This document shows, piece by piece, positions 30,180-39,853 of a stretch of 49,143 nucleotides of DNA (positions within the stretch are counted from its first letter, which is position 1; every line of letters begins with the position of its first letter). The notes under the pieces were generated by a model that saw only the letters and a list, made by a program, of their open reading frames with translations, did not search any database and was not told where the DNA came from. Location of the stretch: assembly GCA_036964385.1 (NCBI GenBank), contig JBALTK010000001.1, positions 1 through 49,143 on the forward strand, in the 5' to 3' direction. Source of the stretch: Sulfitobacter sp. GTDB taxonomy: Bacteria > Pseudomonadota > Alphaproteobacteria > Rhodobacterales > Rhodobacteraceae. Made by a program: the position numbers and the translations under genes.

Positions 30180-31592
30180 TCAGGTGCGGGCGTAAACGTC
30201 TTCGTAGCGCACGATATCGTCTTCTTCCAGATAGGTGCCTGTTTGCACTTCGATCAGGACCATCGGTACTTTTCCGGGGTTCTCCATCCGGTGCACAGCG
30301 CCCAGTGGAATATAAACGGATTGGTTTTCTGTGAGCAGCTTGACGTCGTCATCGACGGTTACTTTTGCAGTGCCTGCCACAACGATCCAGTGTTCAGAAC
30401 GGTGGTGGTGGCTTTGCAGGCTGAGCGAGGCGCCCGGATTTACGTGGATGCGTTTCACCTGGAAACGGTCAGACATGATCAGCGTCTCGTACCAACCCCA
30501 AGGGCGGTGATCGACAGGGAACTGCACGGCCTGTTTGGCCTTTTGTGCCTTGAGCGTTGCAACGGCCGTTTTCACGTTCTGGCTGTCGGACATATCGGCA
30601 ACCATAACGGCATCGCGCATAGCGATGGCGACCACGTTTTTCAGGCCAATGCCAACCAATTCGATTTCACCACTCTCGGACCGCAGGAGCGTGTTTTCGC
30701 AATCAAAAGCATTGGTATGCGCGGTCAGGGCATTGCCGTTCTCGTCTTGTTCGGATTCCTGCCAGACGGCTTCCCAGCTGCCCAGATCGGACCATTTGCC
30801 GTCAAAGCGCACAACACTCACGTTGTCGGCTTTTTCCATCACGGCATAGTCGATGGAAATATCAGGCACGCCCGCCCAGATTTCAGGATCAAGACGCGTG
30901 AAGCTCAGGTCGGTTGTGGCTTTGTCCATTGAGGCTTCGACTGCGCTGAGCACACCAGGCGCATGGGCGCGGAAAGCTTCAATCATAACATCGGCCCGCG
31001 CAAGGAAAACGCCTGCATTCCACAAATAACGTTTGTCCGCGAGAAGTGCTTTGGCTCTCTCTTGGTCAGGCTTTTCGACGAACTGTTCCAGCTTCATCAC
31101 ATTAGGGTGGGTTTGTGCGCCGCTTTCCAACCAGCCAAAGCCAATTTCGGGGCGATCGGGCGCAATGCCAAAGGTTACAATCTGACCCTCATCGGCCGCA
31201 ACAGCACCAGCAGTCACAGCAGCACGGAATGCATCAGCATCAGCGATTGCATGATCGGAAGGAACCAGCAGCATCAGTGCTTTGGGGTCACTTTGTGCCA
31301 CCATCAAGGCCGCAGCGATCGCTGCGGGCGCGGTGTTGCGTCCTTCGGGTTCAATCAGGATACCTTGGGGTTTGATGTGACACTCGTCGAGCTGTTCACC
31401 AACAATAAACCGAAAGCTGTCACCTGTGACCAATAAGGGATCAGCAAACCCCTCGCCTGAAAACCGTTTGGCGGAAGCTTGAAACAAGCTTTCTTCGCCG
31501 AGAATGTGTGCAAACTGTTTTGGAAAGCTTTTGCGTGACAGCGGCCATAAGCGGGTGCCTGAGCCGCCACACAGGAGAACTGGTGTAATCAT
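30180..31592 (-). CDS. manC: mannose-1-phosphate guanylyltransferase / mannose-6-phosphate isomerase
   Basis: PVLLCGGSGTRLWPLSR, EPEGRNTAPA, ISIDYAVMEK, WSDLGSW; C-terminal cupin RPWG..SLQSHHHRSEHW. Confidence 0.97.
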   Translation of the reverse strand: MITPVLLCGGSGTRLWPLSRKSFPKQFAHILGEESLFQASAKRFSGEGFADPLLVTGDSFRFIVGEQLDECHIKPQGILIEPEGRNTAPAAIAAALMVAQSDPKALMLLVPSDHAIADADAFRAAVTAGAVAADEGQIVTFGIAPDRPEIGFGWLESGAQTHPNVMKLEQFVEKPDQERAKALLADKRYLWNAGVFLARADVMIEAFRAHAPGVLSAVEASMDKATTDLSFTRLDPEIWAGVPDISIDYAVMEKADNVSVVRFDGKWSDLGSWEAVWQESEQDENGNALTAHTNAFDCENTLLRSESGEIELVGIGLKNVVAIAMRDAVMVADMSDSQNVKTAVATLKAQKAKQAVQFPVDHRPWGWYETLIMSDRFQVKRIHVNPGASLSLQSHHHRSEHWIVVAGTAKVTVDDDVKLLTENQSVYIPLGAVHRMENPGKVPMVLIEVQTGTYLEEDDIVRYEDVYART

Positions 31593-31726
31593 TGATGAAA
31601 ATCCTCATTCCTTAATATGTCTATCCGTATAGCGCGCTGGCTTGTGGTTAAACATTGTTATCTTCGAGCGGCACGCACACTGGTCGAACGCGTGGCCGAA
31701 ATTTAGGAGAGCCTCGACAAGCTCCT

Positions 31727-32593
31727 TTATGTTTCGTCCCCTACAGCAGCGTCCTGCGCGATCTGTTGCTGGCGCAGGCGGTATTCTTCTGTGTCTACAA
31801 GCTCTTCTGTCAGCGCCTCGCGCGTCTCGAAGCCCTGAAAGCGAAGAACATTTGCTTCGGCGGGCGCACGACCCAATACGCTATCGAAAACTTCCATTAC
31901 AGCAGAGCGCGACAGGTGCAGGTTGTTCAACTCCATTTCCAATGCGGGGCTGAAATGCCTGAAATCACTCAAGGCCCGCTCGGGATGGACACCTGATTTG
32001 TGCAAGGATTTAACACGGCCCTGTTTAATTTCTTCGCCGTCCACGTTGGCAATGGCCGCAGCAATGCGGTCTGCATCCACGGGGGTGCCAGGGTTGAGGA
32101 AGGTGACAGCCCGGCTGAGTTCCGTATGGGGATCGTTCAGGAAAACGCTGTAATTCAGACGAAGCTGATCGGTGGCAAATTCCGAAGTGACCCACCGCTC
32201 AACGAAACCCAGATACCGCGTGAATTCGCCGCTTGCGAACTTGCGGAAGGCCAAAACGCTGTCTTCGCCGCCATTGCGGACAAACAGCTCGAAGTTCGAG
32301 ACAACCGAGGGCGCAAAATCGCGGTACTGGATGAGGTATTTTTGGTTTGGAATCTGTGGGAGGTTCAATTCGAAATCATGGTTCTTTGTGAGCCAGATCC
32401 GGTCTGCATGCACACAAGGTATCTGTTTGCAGCATGTCTCGATCTCGTCCACCCATGGTTTGCCCCCATAGAAATCGCAGTACCCAAACTCAGGCCCGAA
32501 ATAGAGTTGTAGCAGGCGCACCAACATGTGGTGCCCGCTGCGTGGCCAGCTGACGCCGATGACGGGGCCTGTCGGGTCGGGTTGTTGTACCAT
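31727..32593 (-). CDS. sulfotransferase-domain protein with C-terminal DUF4214-like segment
   Basis: VSWPRSGHHML (PSB loop), TKNHD, YRDFAPSVVSNF (3'-PB); tail VFDSVLGRAPAEA..LVDTEEY; start uncertain (ORF track 32677). Confidence 0.7.
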   Translation of the reverse strand: MVQQPDPTGPVIGVSWPRSGHHMLVRLLQLYFGPEFGYCDFYGGKPWVDEIETCCKQIPCVHADRIWLTKNHDFELNLPQIPNQKYLIQYRDFAPSVVSNFELFVRNGGEDSVLAFRKFASGEFTRYLGFVERWVTSEFATDQLRLNYSVFLNDPHTELSRAVTFLNPGTPVDADRIAAAIANVDGEEIKQGRVKSLHKSGVHPERALSDFRHFSPALEMELNNLHLSRSAVMEVFDSVLGRAPAEANVLRFQGFETREALTEELVDTEEYRLRQQQIAQDAAVGDET

Positions 32594-32689
32594 GTCCAAG
32601 TCTCGCCTTTGTGCCTTAAGCTGGTGTGTTTTTATCGGTAACTGAATTTCTAGGGGGTATAAAGCGGATGATGCCATCAGGATGATGGA

Positions 32690-33634
32690 CTACCTCGCGA
32701 TATTTTTACGCGCCAGTCCCTTGGCTGCTGCAAAATATAACTGCTCACAGGTGTTGTACAAAATATCGTCCCAGTAAATGAAGCTATCATAAAGCTCTCT
32801 TTGTGCGCCCGTCAGCTCCGTCAGAACTTTATCCAGACTTGCCGTGTTGGGGGCCGCATTTTCGCGGATTGCCACCTTATTGGGGATGACGCCCTGTGCG
32901 TAAAGGCGTCCTACAAAGTCGTCAAAATGCTCGGTAAGCCCATACATCATATCAGGTGCTAGAATATGGGAGAGCGCTTGGGTCAGCATTTCGGCTTTGC
33001 CTGCGCCTTTGTGGTGAGCCTCGAGTCCTGCCAGACGTTGCACCTGCCCGTTATCCACTTCGCGGCGATGCCCGTTCTTTGGATCGGCAGACCATTCCAG
33101 AAACGTACCAAAGGACATATCCTGCCCTTTGATGATGCCATAGCTGGGATGGTCTTTTGTGCGGTAGAGATAGTTGTAATAACTCATAAGCCGTGGCCCC
33201 GGACGACGTAGAACACAAACATACATGTGGTTCTGAGGCAATTGATCGGCTACGCCATGAGAAAGATGGCCAAACATAAAGCTAATGGCCTGCCGTTCCT
33301 CTTTGGAGGTATTCTTCAGCTTGCTCAGGTTGCCATCGCTCACAGAGAATTGGGTGCCTTGCGCGTAGTGGGGGGCCAGAACGCGCGTCAGGCTTGAGCC
33401 TGCTGTTTTAGGAACATGCAAATGCACAATTGCGCAGTCTCGAGCCGGGTTATGGGCCCCTTTGGAACGGTGGGCATCAAATTTAACACCAAACTCACGA
33501 GAGTTAAGGAAGACATTGCGCAACTCGGCCAATGTTTCCTGATTCTTTGCCATCGAAGTGGCTTCCTCAGGAGACGCATTGCGGTTCAGAAACAGCTTAT
33601 AGGCGATGCGAACAGCGTCTTCATTTACCTCCAT
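32690..33634 (-). CDS. sulfotransferase family 2 protein with N-terminal DUF4214-like segment
   Basis: HLHVPKTAGSSL, FGH, LRRPGPRLMSYY, DNGQVQRL, YGLTEHFD; N-terminal AYKLFLNRNA..VFLNSREF. Confidence 0.8.
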   Translation of the reverse strand: MEVNEDAVRIAYKLFLNRNASPEEATSMAKNQETLAELRNVFLNSREFGVKFDAHRSKGAHNPARDCAIVHLHVPKTAGSSLTRVLAPHYAQGTQFSVSDGNLSKLKNTSKEERQAISFMFGHLSHGVADQLPQNHMYVCVLRRPGPRLMSYYNYLYRTKDHPSYGIIKGQDMSFGTFLEWSADPKNGHRREVDNGQVQRLAGLEAHHKGAGKAEMLTQALSHILAPDMMYGLTEHFDDFVGRLYAQGVIPNKVAIRENAAPNTASLDKVLTELTGAQRELYDSFIYWDDILYNTCEQLYFAAAKGLARKNIAR

Positions 33635-33640
33635 GATCGA

Positions 33641-36256
33641 TCAGGCCTTCTTATCTAGATCTTTGAGTATCTCACGCATGCGTGCGCCATAGCGCTCTGC
33701 GATGGCTTCGGTCGAGAAGCTCCCGCGGATATAGCTTTGGGCCGCATCGGCCTTTGCCATACGTTGCTCGGGGTTGTCGTAGGCGGCGCGCAACTGCTTG
33801 GCTGCACTGTCCACGCTTGGTTCAGCCCAAACAGAGCCTTTACGTACAAAGATATAGTCTTCTTGGCGCAGGAGCGTTTCTTCAAAGTCGACTAACCATG
33901 CGGTGTCTTCGCTGCAGAAATCCATGTTGCCAGAGTAGGCCGTGCAAACGACGGGCACGCCAAGGTTCATCGCTTCAATCATGCCAAAGCCCCAGCCTTC
34001 GGATTTGTGGAGGCTGACGTAGCAATCGGACCCCGCCTTGAGGCGCAGCAGATTACGGTAGCTGAGGGTTTCGTTCATCACGATGATCCGTGGATCGGAT
34101 GTGATGATGGTATCAACCTGATCCCACAGGTTTACCTGCACGGAATCAAACACACTGTCGCGGTTTTGGGTTTTGACGATCAGGCGCGCGTTTGGCACGT
34201 CTTTGAAGGCCTGCTGGAAAGCCTTCAAAACAGAGACCGGATTTTTACGCTGCACAAACGAGAAGCTGTCAAAGGCAACAAGGCAAACAAAGTGCGAGCT
34301 GTCGAACTGGAAGCGGCGCTCAACATAATCGCGGCTGTCCTCGCGTGTGATGTCTGGCGTGGCCTCATAGCACATGCCGACGTTTTCCACAGGTTTGCCT
34401 TTGGCATCTTTTTGGTAAATCTGTACGCCGTAGTCTGTCGACACCCAGATTTCGTCCAGCATTTCCATGCCCAGATAATGACAATAGGCGGGCTTATCGA
34501 GCTCCCAGAAGAAATAACCGATGTTGTAGGCACCAGAGAACACGTCTGGCTGGTACGCAAAGGCCAGCGGGATGGATTCTGCGTTGAGGTGGATCATGTT
34601 GATCTTGGCGCGCCCGTACTCCTCGATCAGCGTATCGCTGGAGAAGCCCTCGGGGGCAGGGTTATCAAGATCGAAATCCACGCCGCGCACATCAAGGCCG
34701 GTTTCGCGCAGAATGTTGGCGGACAGACGTGTTGCCTGACCCAGACCAGAAGCTTTGCCCAGCGGGCCGATCAGTTGGATGTCGGCCTCATGCCCGTCCG
34801 GATCAACGGGGGGCATGGCGGCGGCTTCGAAACGGTTGCCCGCTTTGTCGAAAGTCATAAAGCGGAAGCTGACCAGATCGAAATGCTTGTGCCGCAGGGC
34901 GGCGGCGTAACGGTTATAATCCAGTTTGATGGGGGCCATCATCTCTGCAGGGGCAGTTTCATCAGCCGTATCTTCGTCGCCCTTTTGGTCTGGAACGGGC
35001 AGGCCTTGGCGCAAGTCGTTCACGAAGGTCTCGAAGTCGGAGGGCCCTCCATCTTCTGCAGGGGCGAGCAACTGGGAAATCAGATTGCGCGGAATATAGC
35101 GCAAAAGGTCGGGCCGTTTCACAGCCATCAGCATCATTGCCAGAACCAGCGTTTTACGGCCTTCGGCGGTGCCAGGTTTCAAGAAGTGCAGGCGCGGGGT
35201 GTCTTTGAAGAACCGCTCTGTGAAATAGCTCAGTGGATAGGCATCAAGGCGGCGTGACGGATGAATCCCACGCAGCAGATCCGCAAAGCGGTCGGGGATA
35301 AGGCAATCCTCGAAATACATATGGGGGGCATCCTGATGCGCCCACCAGAACAGCACGTCGTAATAGCTGTCACGGTCATTGAGGTTCATCCCGCTCAGCA
35401 TGTCGGGACGGCCTGTAATCCGCCACCACATGATACGGCTCAGCGCAAATTGCTGCCCGCCCATCACGATAGGCGCATTCAAATATTCAACCGTTTCTGC
35501 GCTTAGCGGGACACGGTGTTTTTCCTGCCCACGGTATGAGACGAGATACCAGTATAAAAAGCGGTCTGCAGATTCCAGACCGGGGCCGACCTTAAATTGG
35601 TCATCCATACGGTAACGATAGCGCACATAGTCCAGATAGGCAGGGTGGCCACTGGCAGGCAGGTCTGCAACAATCGGTTCCTTGGTGAACATTTTGGCGT
35701 GTTGTTCAAACGCTGGTTGGGTGATTTTGGCCAATGGGCCTTCGGGCGTATCTTCCAGAAGCACGTCCAAGTCCTGGATGTAGTCGCGCAATGCAAAACG
35801 GCAAGCGGTTATATCGTCGGCATCGGGGGCAGGGTTGGACAGATCGCGCGTTAGCGGCAATGTGCCGATCTCGGTGCTGTCTTTTCCCAGTGTGCGCAAG
35901 CTCAGCACACCGCCGGCCTGTTGCACATCGTCAAACAACTTATCGGACACCTGAAACAGAAAGCCGCATTCCGCCTCGCACGAATGCACGCCTGCTACAT
36001 CGCGGCGGGTCTGGTCGGCATAACGTGCGTCCAGCATCGTGTCGCCAGCAAACAGGCCTATCTGCACATGGCCCTTGAGCGTCTCACGGTGAATGACCCA
36101 ACCGCGCAGCGCCCCTTCATCGGTCATGCCATCTAGGTGGAACCGATAAGGACCAGATGTACCGTCACCAATCAGAACGGCTTTGACGCGGCTGGCCTGT
36201 CGGCGGGCTACACGCAGAGCACGGATTGCAAAATCGGACGTGGAAGCGGTTGCCAT
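33641..36256 (-). CDS. large GT4 glycosyltransferase with long N-terminal region
   Basis: SGLGQATR, IGYFFWEL, DEIWVSTDY, RKNPVSVL, SLHKSEGWGFGMIEAMNLGVPVVCT; ATG at 36256 has an AAGGA RBS (ORF track start 36328 lies inside the duplicated terminator region). Confidence 0.88.
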   Translation of the reverse strand: MATASTSDFAIRALRVARRQASRVKAVLIGDGTSGPYRFHLDGMTDEGALRGWVIHRETLKGHVQIGLFAGDTMLDARYADQTRRDVAGVHSCEAECGFLFQVSDKLFDDVQQAGGVLSLRTLGKDSTEIGTLPLTRDLSNPAPDADDITACRFALRDYIQDLDVLLEDTPEGPLAKITQPAFEQHAKMFTKEPIVADLPASGHPAYLDYVRYRYRMDDQFKVGPGLESADRFLYWYLVSYRGQEKHRVPLSAETVEYLNAPIVMGGQQFALSRIMWWRITGRPDMLSGMNLNDRDSYYDVLFWWAHQDAPHMYFEDCLIPDRFADLLRGIHPSRRLDAYPLSYFTERFFKDTPRLHFLKPGTAEGRKTLVLAMMLMAVKRPDLLRYIPRNLISQLLAPAEDGGPSDFETFVNDLRQGLPVPDQKGDEDTADETAPAEMMAPIKLDYNRYAAALRHKHFDLVSFRFMTFDKAGNRFEAAAMPPVDPDGHEADIQLIGPLGKASGLGQATRLSANILRETGLDVRGVDFDLDNPAPEGFSSDTLIEEYGRAKINMIHLNAESIPLAFAYQPDVFSGAYNIGYFFWELDKPAYCHYLGMEMLDEIWVSTDYGVQIYQKDAKGKPVENVGMCYEATPDITREDSRDYVERRFQFDSSHFVCLVAFDSFSFVQRKNPVSVLKAFQQAFKDVPNARLIVKTQNRDSVFDSVQVNLWDQVDTIITSDPRIIVMNETLSYRNLLRLKAGSDCYVSLHKSEGWGFGMIEAMNLGVPVVCTAYSGNMDFCSEDTAWLVDFEETLLRQEDYIFVRKGSVWAEPSVDSAAKQLRAAYDNPEQRMAKADAAQSYIRGSFSTEAIAERYGARMREILKDLDKKA

Positions 36257-36266
36257 TAGAGGGGGT

Positions 36267-37381
36267 CCTTTGCCTGCCCGCACCCGATGAGCTGTCTCGA
36301 CAGCGGGTACAAAGGCGTGAAAAATCAAAAGCGGGGGCCGGTGTAATGACCAGCCCCCGCGTAAGAATATTTATGCCAACTGGTCGAAGTCGGATTTGGC
36401 CATCATTGTTGCCAGCTCGCGGATGTCGACCGTGGCTTTCCAGCCCAGACCTTTTTCCGCTTTGGTTGGATCACCGATCAGTAGTTCAACTTCTGCAGGG
36501 CGGTAGAACTTTGGATTAACCTTCATCACCAGCTTGCCGGATTTACGGTCTGTGGCCGTTTCGTTTTCGCCTTCACCGGACCATTCCAGATCCATTCCCA
36601 GCGCTTCGGCCGCGAAGGTGAAGAAGTCACGGATCGTGGTCGTGACACCTGTTGCCAGAACATAGTCATCGGCCACATCTTGCTGCAACATACGCCACAT
36701 GCCTTCAACGTAATCGCCAGCAAAGCCCCAGTCGCGCTTGGCGTCCATATTGCCCAGCTCGATCGCTTTGTTGCCGCCATGTGCCAGCGCCGCGAGGCCC
36801 AGCGTGATTTTGCGTGTCACGAACTCTTTGCCGCGCAGGGGGCTCTCGTGGTTGAACAGGATGCCGGAGGAGGCATGCATGTCAAAGCTTTCGCGGTAGT
36901 TCATCGTGATGTAGTGGCCGTATACTTTTGCCACACCGTAGGGTGAGCGTGGGTACAGACGCGTGGTCTCGGACTGCGGCACCTCTTGAACCAGCCCGAA
37001 CATCTCGGAGGTGGAGGCCTGATAGAAGCGTGCATCAGGGCGCACAGTGCGCAGCGTGTCCAGAATGCGCACAACGGCCATGCCGTCTACGTCTGCGGTA
37101 TAGATGGGCAGGTCCCAGCTTGCGCCAACAAAGCTTTGCGCGGCGAGGTTATAGAACTCGTCCATCTCGACATCGCGGATCACGCGGAAGATGTTGTTTT
37201 GCTCTGTCAGGTCAAATTCATGCAGCTGCACGTCATCTGTGATGCCCAGCAGATCAAGGCGAGGTGTTTCAGGCTGCGAAATCCGGCGTACACCACCGTG
37301 AACTTCGTACCCTTTTTCCAGAAGCAACTTTGCCAGATACGCACCGTCCTGGCCCGTAATTCCTGTAATAAATGCTTTTTT
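36267..37381 (+). repeat. direct repeat copy 1 (1115 bp: gmd body plus 3' UTR)
   Basis: Matches 38739-39853 at constant offset 2472; only mismatch seen is 36273 C vs 38745 T; alternative-frame ORFs are identical in both copies. Confidence 0.95.
36321..36360 (-). terminator. intrinsic terminator after gmd copy 1
   Basis: On the minus strand: GCGGGGGCTGGT-cattac-ACCGGCCCCCGC followed by TTTTGATTTT. Confidence 0.85.
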
Positions 37382-37384
37382 CAT
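36371..37384 (-). CDS. gmd: GDP-mannose 4,6-dehydratase (copy 1)
   Basis: AFITGITGQDGAYLA, YNLAAQSFV, FYQASTSE, PRSPYGVAK, GILFNHESPLRG, KRDWG motifs. Confidence 0.97.
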   Translation of the reverse strand: MKKAFITGITGQDGAYLAKLLLEKGYEVHGGVRRISQPETPRLDLLGITDDVQLHEFDLTEQNNIFRVIRDVEMDEFYNLAAQSFVGASWDLPIYTADVDGMAVVRILDTLRTVRPDARFYQASTSEMFGLVQEVPQSETTRLYPRSPYGVAKVYGHYITMNYRESFDMHASSGILFNHESPLRGKEFVTRKITLGLAALAHGGNKAIELGNMDAKRDWGFAGDYVEGMWRMLQQDVADDYVLATGVTTTIRDFFTFAAEALGMDLEWSGEGENETATDRKSGKLVMKVNPKFYRPAEVELLIGDPTKAEKGLGWKATVDIRELATMMAKSDFDQLA

Positions 37385-37715
37385 CGTCTAATACCTCTGT
37401 GTCATCCGTTTGGCCTGTATCCGTCGCTCCTGATAAGGGAGGGACAAAAAGATGTCGACCTATTGTGTGTATCCGCAGCGCCATCTTGGTTTAAATTCTG
37501 CAGCCTCGTATCATATATGGATCAGTCTGCCTTGGGCGGGGCAAAGTCCTTACTTTCAAGGCGGTGTATAGCCTTGCGGGCAAAAGTCAGATCGCGCATT
37601 GCGGAATCATTTCCTGGGCCCTTGGTCATTACGGGCCCTGTGCAGGCTGCATCCAAATTGTTGGGTCACTCAACATGTGATGACTAATTACGCAACTCTT
37701 TAGTCAGGTGTATTC

Positions 37716-38702
37716 TTACCCGGTGTGGGCAAGCGGTGACAATCCGCGCATACGCTCTAAAAATTTGACCACCTGAAACTCACGTTTTACGGCGGCATCG
37801 CGGATCAGATGCATATCCTGTTCCAGCCGCGTCAAATCAGGGCTGGGATGTCCCTTGATCTCGCGCATGCGTGGGGTCAGATCCAGACCGGTTTCGGCTT
37901 TGATCGCCTTGGAATCTTCGCGCGACAAATACCGGATGCGCGCCACGGTCTCCTCGGGGACGGCCAGCTTACCACTGAAGGTCGGATCGAGATCCGCCAT
38001 GTTGGCCAGCTCGGATGCTACCTGAAGTGATTCCTCGCGGGTAATGAAACAGTTCAGCATCCGTTTGAACATCAGCAGATTGCCTGACAGGCTGGGGTTC
38101 GAACTGTGCTTTATGCCGGCAAAAGTATCTTCGAGGCCGGGGCGTATCATGTCGCAAAAATCGGCGACAATATCGCCATCCTTGAGGTTAGCGCGATCAT
38201 ACTGACGCACTTCGACATTCTCGGACCCATAGACCTCGCGCCAAAGCCGCACGATGGTTGAGAAGTCGGCGCTGTAATTATCGATAAAGTCTTCGAGCGA
38301 GAAGGAGATATTGCGCGAATGAATGGCCTGCTGGTACCATGACGTCATGTAGCGGGCGTAGTCGCGCAGATAGACCACCACCCGGGTGTCGCCGGGCGGG
38401 CAGATCTCTGTCATGGGTCGCACATCGCGCAGCGTGGCAAAATTCTCGCTCGACAGCACGCACAGCTCGTGGTCCTTGAACTCTGCCCGCAGGTCGTCAG
38501 CCCAATTGTCCGACAACCCAAGCGAGGCGGGGCGTGCGCCCTTGGCCACACGGGACAACTGGTGATGCGCGCTCTGTTGCAGTCCGGTTTCAGGGTATAG
38601 GATGCCCTGTTCGGATAGTTGTATGCGGCGCGCGGAAAACGCGCTTTGCAAGCTGGACGTGCCGGTTTTGTTCACACCAATATGGATCAGGAACTTCATC
38701 AT
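37716..38702 (-). CDS. sulfotransferase-fold protein (cargo between the gmd repeats)
   Basis: IHIGVNKTGTSSLQ, VLSSENF, VVYLRDYARYMTSWYQQ; paralogous to 43264..44247. Confidence 0.7.
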   Translation of the reverse strand: MMKFLIHIGVNKTGTSSLQSAFSARRIQLSEQGILYPETGLQQSAHHQLSRVAKGARPASLGLSDNWADDLRAEFKDHELCVLSSENFATLRDVRPMTEICPPGDTRVVVYLRDYARYMTSWYQQAIHSRNISFSLEDFIDNYSADFSTIVRLWREVYGSENVEVRQYDRANLKDGDIVADFCDMIRPGLEDTFAGIKHSSNPSLSGNLLMFKRMLNCFITREESLQVASELANMADLDPTFSGKLAVPEETVARIRYLSREDSKAIKAETGLDLTPRMREIKGHPSPDLTRLEQDMHLIRDAAVKREFQVVKFLERMRGLSPLAHTG

Positions 38703-38738
38703 TCAATCCTAACTTCTACAGGCTCGCACAGGGGTAAA

Positions 38739-39853
38739 CCTTTGTCTGCCCGCACCCGATGAGCTGTCTCGACAGCGGGTACAAAGGCGTGAAAAATCAA
38801 AAGCGGGGGCCGGTGTAATGACCAGCCCCCGCGTAAGAATATTTATGCCAACTGGTCGAAGTCGGATTTGGCCATCATTGTTGCCAGCTCGCGGATGTCG
38901 ACCGTGGCTTTCCAGCCCAGACCTTTTTCCGCTTTGGTTGGATCACCGATCAGTAGTTCAACTTCTGCAGGGCGGTAGAACTTTGGATTAACCTTCATCA
39001 CCAGCTTGCCGGATTTACGGTCTGTGGCCGTTTCGTTTTCGCCTTCACCGGACCATTCCAGATCCATTCCCAGCGCTTCGGCCGCGAAGGTGAAGAAGTC
39101 ACGGATCGTGGTCGTGACACCTGTTGCCAGAACATAGTCATCGGCCACATCTTGCTGCAACATACGCCACATGCCTTCAACGTAATCGCCAGCAAAGCCC
39201 CAGTCGCGCTTGGCGTCCATATTGCCCAGCTCGATCGCTTTGTTGCCGCCATGTGCCAGCGCCGCGAGGCCCAGCGTGATTTTGCGTGTCACGAACTCTT
39301 TGCCGCGCAGGGGGCTCTCGTGGTTGAACAGGATGCCGGAGGAGGCATGCATGTCAAAGCTTTCGCGGTAGTTCATCGTGATGTAGTGGCCGTATACTTT
39401 TGCCACACCGTAGGGTGAGCGTGGGTACAGACGCGTGGTCTCGGACTGCGGCACCTCTTGAACCAGCCCGAACATCTCGGAGGTGGAGGCCTGATAGAAG
39501 CGTGCATCAGGGCGCACAGTGCGCAGCGTGTCCAGAATGCGCACAACGGCCATGCCGTCTACGTCTGCGGTATAGATGGGCAGGTCCCAGCTTGCGCCAA
39601 CAAAGCTTTGCGCGGCGAGGTTATAGAACTCGTCCATCTCGACATCGCGGATCACGCGGAAGATGTTGTTTTGCTCTGTCAGGTCAAATTCATGCAGCTG
39701 CACGTCATCTGTGATGCCCAGCAGATCAAGGCGAGGTGTTTCAGGCTGCGAAATCCGGCGTACACCACCGTGAACTTCGTACCCTTTTTCCAGAAGCAAC
39801 TTTGCCAGATACGCACCGTCCTGGCCCGTAATTCCTGTAATAAATGCTTTTTT
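38739..39853 (+). repeat. direct repeat copy 2 (1115 bp: gmd body plus 3' UTR)
   Basis: Matches 36267-37381; identity stops at the T6 run encoding the N-terminal Lys-Lys of Gmd. Confidence 0.95.
38793..38832 (-). terminator. intrinsic terminator after gmd copy 2
   Basis: Same sequence as 36321-36360. Confidence 0.85.

Noticed and set aside
34007-35257. 416-aa ORF on the plus strand
   Set aside because: Lies wholly antisense to the GT4 gene; shadow ORF
36257-36328. N-terminal extension of the GT4 ORF given in the ORF track (TTG 36328)
   Set aside because: It falls in the duplicated non-coding terminator/leader region; ATG 36256 has a proper RBS
37681-37706. TGACTAA-N12-TTAGTCA inverted repeat as an iron-responsive box
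   Set aside because: The spacer is longer than the motif as I recall it, and the context is unrelated to iron; probably a simple hairpin after the stop codon
36267-39853. Composite transposon interpretation of the long direct repeats
   Set aside because: The repeats encode Gmd rather than a transposase, and no terminal inverted repeats or target-site duplication were seen
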